Below are positions 57,991-64,000 of a DNA stretch of 64,000 nucleotides, piece after piece (within the stretch, counting starts at the first letter, position 1; each line of letters begins with the position of its first letter). The position numbers and the translations under genes were made by a program. Under the pieces are notes generated by a model. The model worked only from the letters and a program-made list of their open reading frames with translations. It was not told the origin of the DNA and searched no databases. The DNA lies in contig JAOPTX010000008.1 of NCBI GenBank assembly GCA_051532055.1, positions 1-64,000 of the forward strand. The letters are read 5' to 3'. This DNA is from Fibrobacterales bacterium (GTDB lineage: Bacteria; Fibrobacterota; Fibrobacteria; Fibrobacterales; JAOPTW01).

Positions 57991-60006
57991 TTACTTAATC
58001 AACAGAGGGGTTAAGACACTCCCTATCTTTACAACATACGCTCCCGAGGGCAATACTTCATAAAAGGTCTCTGCCTCACTACCACTTAAAGATACTATTT
58101 TAACAACACTCCCATCCATTCCATAGACAACGACCTTCTCCACTTGATTGTTCATATTAAAAGCCAAGAGTGGCCCTACCAGCTGCGAAACCTCACTATA
58201 AGGCGGACTAACCAATTCTGATGAGGATGATACTGAAGACGAAAGGATATCAGAAATATTGTCTACTGAAGAATACTCTAGAGTATCAATAACACTCGAT
58301 GAAGATGGTGATTGCACGCTCGAAGAAGAGAGTGCACTATCATCATGTAACAAGATAAAACCATAGAGATCAAGGTCCGAACTCACGATACTCACCCCAA
58401 AGGTTCGCGCTCCCTCTGGTAAGGTAACCGGAAAAGTAATGCGGAATACTTCACCTTCGGTATTGGGAATCTCAAACTCACCTAATTGATCACCCCCACC
58501 GTAATACTCAAACGAGAGAGTACTCAAGCTTGTAGTTGACACCTCTATAGCAAGAGTCCACTCTTTTTCTTCAGGCACATACAGCGTATATGCTAACCAG
58601 TTACCAGTTTTCATTCCTGCAAGATAGGACCGTCCCCCACTGTTCACTTCTTCACCACCCTCCTTATTACAATAATGCACGGCTGCTATTTCTTCATTCG
58701 GATAGTAAGGGTTTTGGGTATCACAACTACGGTGTCCTGTGGTCAATGCATCAATCGAACCATTATTTCGTTCGGTATGTTCGAGCCTAACATTTTCTGC
58801 AAGTTCCATCAGTGTCGCAAAGGCGTTATCAGCATCAGGTTTTTGTCTATCAGTACTCCCTGGGTTCTGAGTCGTATAATCCCAATAGTCAAGAAGCTCT
58901 TGATACCCATCAGGTATAGTAATTTTATGCATACCAGCATTGAGTTTCTTCCAGGTCCACCACGCCCAACCAATAGTATGCTCTTCGAGAAGTTCCACTG
59001 CATCATAAAACCACTTATCAGTATTTTCGCCCGACTCACTCATCCAAAGAGGAGTATGATACTGATCGCGCATTCCCGTGTACTCAGCAATAGACCCAAC
59101 GGTATTCTCATTCCAGTATTTGTGAAAACTGATAATAACATTATCATCAGCTACAGGCATAGGCCACAGACCATTGTGGTTTCCGCCCCAACAGTTCCCC
59201 GAAATAACAATCATGTGATTGGGGTCCACTGAACGAATGGCAGGGATTAATTCCGCATACATTTCTCTGAGCGGTTCATTCCTCTGATCATCACAGCCAT
59301 TTCTACTCCCGCCTTCAAAGGCCCAATTGGGTTCATTCAGAGGGTCATAGCCACCAACCCATTCATTATCTGCATAGCGCTCGGCAAGCTTAACCCAAAG
59401 AGCAACAGTCTTCCTTCGGTTTTCAGCACTCTCCCATAACGACGGTTTATCAGGGTCATAATCATTGATGTTCCCGTTATACCCCTGCCCACCGGGTGCG
59501 GCATGCATATCAAGTATCATATAGATATGATGGCGCTCTCCCCACAGTACCAGAGAGTCTATCATGGTAAAACCCTTATCGAGCCACGTATCTTGGCCCT
59601 CTACGGGTTCTTTGTCTATGGGGGGCGTAAATAGATTAAAATGCATGGGGATCCGTACGGTATTAAAGCCCGACTCTTTTAAGGCAATCACATCCTGTTC
59701 AATAAAAAAATTATCGAGCCATTTCTGATGAAACTCCTCCATCCGATCAACGCCAATAACATCCGCAATGTCATCCAAAATTTTATGTTGGCCTTCATCA
59801 GCGCTCTGATTTAGGTCGAGCATATAGGGCTCCATAACCATCCAGCCCCCAATACCCATCGCGCGAATCATATAGTTTTGGCCAGAGCCATCAACAATGT
59901 CGGTTCCCTCTGCGTGGAGAAAACCTCGACCAAATGATGTTGAAATTGTTGCACCAACTACTACCATCAAAAACAGAACTCTGCTAAAAATTCCTGCTTG
60001 TTTCAT
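57991..60006 (-). CDS. GH5 glycoside hydrolase + CBM6-like module + T9SS-like CTD
   Basis: GFNTVRIP, LDMHAAPGGQ, NEP (acid/base), SFHKY, WMSESG (nucleophile), WAWW; GNWLAY CBM-like; end VYGMDG...LPSGAYVVK; RBS AGAGGGG supports ATG 60006. Confidence 0.88.
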   Translation of the reverse strand: MKQAGIFSRVLFLMVVVGATISTSFGRGFLHAEGTDIVDGSGQNYMIRAMGIGGWMVMEPYMLDLNQSADEGQHKILDDIADVIGVDRMEEFHQKWLDNFFIEQDVIALKESGFNTVRIPMHFNLFTPPIDKEPVEGQDTWLDKGFTMIDSLVLWGERHHIYMILDMHAAPGGQGYNGNINDYDPDKPSLWESAENRRKTVALWVKLAERYADNEWVGGYDPLNEPNWAFEGGSRNGCDDQRNEPLREMYAELIPAIRSVDPNHMIVISGNCWGGNHNGLWPMPVADDNVIISFHKYWNENTVGSIAEYTGMRDQYHTPLWMSESGENTDKWFYDAVELLEEHTIGWAWWTWKKLNAGMHKITIPDGYQELLDYWDYTTQNPGSTDRQKPDADNAFATLMELAENVRLEHTERNNGSIDALTTGHRSCDTQNPYYPNEEIAAVHYCNKEGGEEVNSGGRSYLAGMKTGNWLAYTLYVPEEKEWTLAIEVSTTSLSTLSFEYYGGGDQLGEFEIPNTEGEVFRITFPVTLPEGARTFGVSIVSSDLDLYGFILLHDDSALSSSSVQSPSSSSVIDTLEYSSVDNISDILSSSVSSSSELVSPPYSEVSQLVGPLLAFNMNNQVEKVVVYGMDGSVVKIVSLSGSEAETFYEVLPSGAYVVKIGSVLTPLLIK

Positions 60007-60499
60007 GAGCACCCCTCTATGACTTTTGTATCACCGAAATACCTGAATTAAACGTGTGAAAATAGTACAGGCATTCCCAACTCCCATCACCATGTATTGA
60101 ACAATAATACACACAATTGAGTCACTAATAAATTATCTTATTTACCCAACAAACGCAACAATTGAATTATGGACATATGATATAAAAAAGCCTATTTTTT
60201 GGACGTATCAGCCACATCGGGCGCATCCGGTGCTGCTATTGGTAGAGAAATCACAAAAGTAGTGCCTTCTCAAAAATACAATACACTCAAGCCCAGTCCA
60301 GTACCTTGGCCATAAATGATTGAGCACATAATTGCTTTAGTATACAATTATACAATGGTCGAGCTGGAACAGTCACTTGACTAAAAGACTCATGTTTCAT
60401 ACCCATTTTAGTATATCATAGTTCGCAGACGGATCAATACTTACTAGAAAAAGCTAAATACAGGTACTATGAGGTGTTTTTACTTTTTTTAAAGTCAAT

Positions 60500-62137
60500 T
60501 TATGGACGCCATGTTCCATTGACTCCCTGTTGGCCTATCATATCTATTAATGCCCCATCAAAGCCATGTACCGATTTATCCACTACGACAAGTGGTGATA
60601 AAGCATCATATTCAAAGTCATAACTGAGGACCAATCCTACGGTATCAGCGAGAGTTGTGGTTGAAAGAAACATATTGTCAGTAATTTCTTGTGCAGTACG
60701 CACTCCGCTCCATATGCGAACATTATCCATACTGCCTTTAAAATAACCATCCCACTTTTTACTCCCCTTACCCAAGTAGTTTTTATTTCGTACAACCTTG
60801 TTGGGGACCGCCTCTACACCACCTTCAACACTGTGAACAGCCATGCCATCCACATAGAACGTAATCCTTCCTTGAGGGGTTACTGATACTGCTACATGTT
60901 GCCAAGTATTGAGCACAAAAACAGAGTCGACTACAGCTGCCGCCCAATCATCCCCATTGTTATGAGTCGCTGCGTTATTAGCAACATACTTAAATTGTTT
61001 TGATTGATTATTGGGCCCATAGACAAGCCCCATTGATATCATGTACCCATAATCATCGCCACTTGATAAGTGAATTAAGTGAGTCCAATTCTTAAATTCA
61101 TCCCATTTCACCCACAACTCCATGGTGATTCCCGTCACTTTCCAATCCGGATTCATGCTCCCGGTAATATCTATATACTCAGGGTCACCGTCAAAGTGCA
61201 CTATTTCTAAGGGGTCACTTATTTGTATAGCCGATGACTGAGCTGCGCTACTTTGAATACTGATTGATGATGATGAGAGAGCGCTACTCCTTTCTATAAG
61301 GGTCTCACTTGATGAAACACTACTGCTCATTACTATTGACGAGCTTCCACCTGAAGAAACCTGAGGAGGAAGAACATGACTCGAAGAAGTCCCTGCTGTA
61401 ACTGACGAAACGGGCTGAGTATCAATTGATGATTGTGTAATTGTTATAGAAGAAGATACTGAAGATATGGAAGAAGAAGAAGAAGAAGAAAAATTACCGG
61501 CTGGTACTGATACTGAACTTAATGGTGTACCACCCCCTCCCTCACTTGAACTGAGACCTTTGGATGGATCATCAAGAGGTCCAGATATAATTTCAATGGG
61601 GGTCTTACCCACTGAACTACTACTCAGTGTGGCACCTACTAATCTCTCATACTCTATGGCAATAAACTTTTCTATAAAAAGGACTCCCGCCTGTTCCTTT
61701 GTTTTAAAAGCCCTAACCTCATCTATTTTTACAGTAAGAGAATCAATAATTCTTTTATCTTCTATAGAGTCATATTGAGCGATCTCTAATTCTTTTGCAG
61801 CGATTATTGAATCGTATGCTGTATTATACTGTTCCATCAATTGTTGTAATCGCTCAACCTTTATTAATATCACTTCGTCATACCGTTGCTGTAAACTCAA
61901 TTCAGTTGCTGTATTGGCGACCTCTTTTAACTGATACACCGTTTCAGCAAGCTGATTCATTTCTAAAACGGTACTTCTCAAATTATATGTGGGTGTCTCA
62001 CTGGTTTCTTCACTATTTGAATCAGCAGTATCGACGGGAGTTACCCCAGTACTGCACTGTGTAAATACGCCCAAACAGATCATAGCAATAATACTGATCA
62101 TAAAATATAGAGTAGAACTACGATGTGTCGATATCAT
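60500..62137 (-). CDS. Lipoprotein: coiled coil, Ser stalk, LamG-like domain
   Basis: Lipobox-like FTQC; ITMELWV, WQHVAVSV, YVDG, FKGSMDNVRIW. Confidence 0.75.
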   Translation of the reverse strand: MISTHRSSTLYFMISIIAMICLGVFTQCSTGVTPVDTADSNSEETSETPTYNLRSTVLEMNQLAETVYQLKEVANTATELSLQQRYDEVILIKVERLQQLMEQYNTAYDSIIAAKELEIAQYDSIEDKRIIDSLTVKIDEVRAFKTKEQAGVLFIEKFIAIEYERLVGATLSSSSVGKTPIEIISGPLDDPSKGLSSSEGGGGTPLSSVSVPAGNFSSSSSSSISSVSSSITITQSSIDTQPVSSVTAGTSSSHVLPPQVSSGGSSSIVMSSSVSSSETLIERSSALSSSSISIQSSAAQSSAIQISDPLEIVHFDGDPEYIDITGSMNPDWKVTGITMELWVKWDEFKNWTHLIHLSSGDDYGYMISMGLVYGPNNQSKQFKYVANNAATHNNGDDWAAAVVDSVFVLNTWQHVAVSVTPQGRITFYVDGMAVHSVEGGVEAVPNKVVRNKNYLGKGSKKWDGYFKGSMDNVRIWSGVRTAQEITDNMFLSTTTLADTVGLVLSYDFEYDALSPLVVVDKSVHGFDGALIDMIGQQGVNGTWRP

Positions 62138-62627
62138 TTGAATACATCCCCTTATGTTTTACTGATAGATGTATACGGTGTAGTGTGTTATTCTATCAGT
62201 GCTCTTTTATTATCACACGCTTTACAATAAGATGACGAAGCCCGGAATAATCCCAAATCAAAAGTACTAAAAAGAACGTTCATACCATCACTGACAGCTT
62301 TTTAACTGTTTATAACATGGACGTCTATGTCCAGTATCATTGGTACTTGAGTCACTTAATGTAATTTAAACAGTTTGAGGCAACACTTCGTTTTACTACA
62401 ATAAAACTGAGTGCCATTAATCTTTCATTCCTCGATTTTATTAATACTGATAAATTTTTGCACAATACCCTAATCATCGGGGTATATTTACCATTCATGC
62501 GAAGTCATCAATCCCAATGTATTAATACCATTCAAGTCACTACCTATTCCCCATTCCTAGATTCATTTGAGCGAGATACTACGAGTCAATTTACTATTGA
62601 TTACTTTATGGATTAATAGTTGTAGTT

Positions 62628-64000
62628 TCAATAAACATCAAGAAATGTGAGCCGTGGGCCATGAGCAGTATGAGCCCATACTGAAGTAAAATTCCATAAT
62701 GAAAAAAGAGTCAGCGAACCACTATTGATCTCGGAAATCGTTGTAGGTAAACCAAATTCACCATCAACGGGATACGTACCGCTGCTGCCACGTGCCATAT
62801 GTGCATCTGTAGCACCATAACTATTCACAATTGTGCCACTCCCCGTCAATTCACCACATATTTGACCCATAAACAATAGGTCTGCCCCATAAGAGAACAC
62901 CTTTGCCGCACTAACACTATTCCTAATAATACCACTCGAAGAACCTGCTATACCACCTAATCGACCTTCGCGTGCAATCCCTGTAGAGACGCCCCCACGA
63001 GCCAATGTATTTTCAATCAATCCTCTATTTTCGCCAACAATACTCCCTGAATAACCCGAGGCCGTAACCTCATGGCTAGAACCCAATTTTATAGATTGCA
63101 CATTACGAATTACCCCGGTTATGTCATTTACACCTACAACAATTCCACCAGACATATCAGTCGTTATTCTGCCCCGGGCAGCTGATTCTTCAATAAGCCC
63201 TTTGTTAAGATTTGCAATAAACCCACTCTGACTTCGAGCAGTGATAACATGGGGGGTACCATCTAAAAATGTTCCCGAAAAATCGATAAAGATACGACGC
63301 ATCGTTCCGTTATTTACATCGACACCGGCGCTGACACGGTGCTGTGATTGAACTGATCCCATTTTTCCCGTTACATAACAATCCTCAATGAGGCCTTCAT
63401 TATTTACTGCAATAGCACCAACACCATACGCACCCTTCTCTGCCCCTACTTTAATACCGGTCAATTTGAGGTTGCGTATTTCACCTTGAGGACCAATATG
63501 CATAAAGAAGCCCCAGTTTTTAACATTCCATTGCGCTGTAGCAGTTAGGTTTTTAATTTCAAAACCATTTCCATCAAATACTCCTTCAAAACGATCAGGG
63601 ACAGACGATGGCACCCGTCCAATGGGGTTCCATGTTGTAGTATCAAGCACGATATCATTTATTAAATAAAATTTACCTTTAAGGTTATTGTGCATTGCTT
63701 CAAGTTGTTCTCGGGTACTTATTGCAGTATACCCTATAAACTCTCCCGCTACCTGAGAACTTGAAATAATGATTTCTACTGAAGAGCTTGAAAGGGTTGG
63801 CGAACTAGAATTAGAGCTCTCAATGGTACTTGAAGGTATGGACTCCGAGGCACTCGACTCTGATGATACAGGAGACGGAATTTTCTCAACACTCTCGCTC
63901 GATGATGACAACCAAGAAGATGAACTTGAAGAGAGAGAGTCTCGATTCTGAGAAGGTACACTCAAGCTACTTGATAGAACTTCACTTGAGGAAAGTAACG
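62628..64000 (-). CDS. Ser-stalk protein with GLUG-type beta-helix domain (5' end lies beyond the window)
   Basis: ISTREQL, YLINDI.L, WNPIG, FEGVFDGNG.EI.NL, repeated GGIVG.N.G.I; frame stays open to the window edge. Confidence 0.75.
   Translation of the reverse strand, partial: LLSSSEVLSSSLSVPSQNRDSLSSSSSSWLSSSSESVEKIPSPVSSESSASESIPSSTIESSNSSSPTLSSSSVEIIISSSQVAGEFIGYTAISTREQLEAMHNNLKGKFYLINDIVLDTTTWNPIGRVPSSVPDRFEGVFDGNGFEIKNLTATAQWNVKNWGFFMHIGPQGEIRNLKLTGIKVGAEKGAYGVGAIAVNNEGLIEDCYVTGKMGSVQSQHRVSAGVDVNNGTMRRIFIDFSGTFLDGTPHVITARSQSGFIANLNKGLIEESAARGRITTDMSGGIVVGVNDITGVIRNVQSIKLGSSHEVTASGYSGSIVGENRGLIENTLARGGVSTGIAREGRLGGIAGSSSGIIRNSVSAAKVFSYGADLLFMGQICGELTGSGTIVNSYGATDAHMARGSSGTYPVDGEFGLPTTISEINSGSLTLFSLWNFTSVWAHTAHGPRLTFLDVY

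Noticed and set aside
58675..59232. 185-aa plus-strand ORF
   Set aside because: Antisense to the GH5 catalytic domain; no recognisable features
60013..60499. Long intergenic regions here and at 62138-62627 as possible riboswitch or ncRNA sites
   Set aside because: No recognisable riboswitch consensus or extended pairing found by eye
61470..61490. (GAA)7 trinucleotide repeat
   Set aside because: Encodes poly-Ser in a linker; slippage keeps the frame, so it is not a switch

Overview
AT-rich bacterial chromosomal segment, most likely Fibrobacterota: it has a TIGR02147-like HTH protein, many Ser-rich lipoproteins and T9SS-like C-terminal domains. The left part (2-32 kb) is mostly housekeeping: tadA, an SSS symporter, a GAF-GAF-GGDEF cyclase, lptG/lptF, cpoB-bamD, purC, a formyltransferase-only purH, smg, trmFO, folD, a maltokinase-like kinase, cmoB, a menG/ubiE-ubiX-mqnP-hpt-der-plsY-gpsA-merR run, tRNA-Phe and a MATE transporter. 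The right part (32-64 kb) is an accessory cell-surface region around epmA-efp-epmB. It holds two Cys/Asp-repeat lipoproteins, a 2409-aa modular adhesin-like protein with a G10 tract near its 5' end, an Lnb-like beta-barrel, a PDZ-barrel fusion, and a co-oriented run of Ser-stalk glycan-active proteins (LamG, GH12-like, polysaccharide lyase-like, GH5-CBM6, LamG, GLUG). Reading the DNA directly adds two small ORFs the track missed (a 44-aa Cys4 protein after bamD and a 42-aa Rpn-tail-like peptide), two candidate structured RNAs, several simple-sequence repeats, and a correction: epmB (38455..39456) is on the + strand, not - as labelled. I found no CRISPR array, integrase, intact transposase or rRNA. 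All family calls come from motif recognition by eye; no searches were run.
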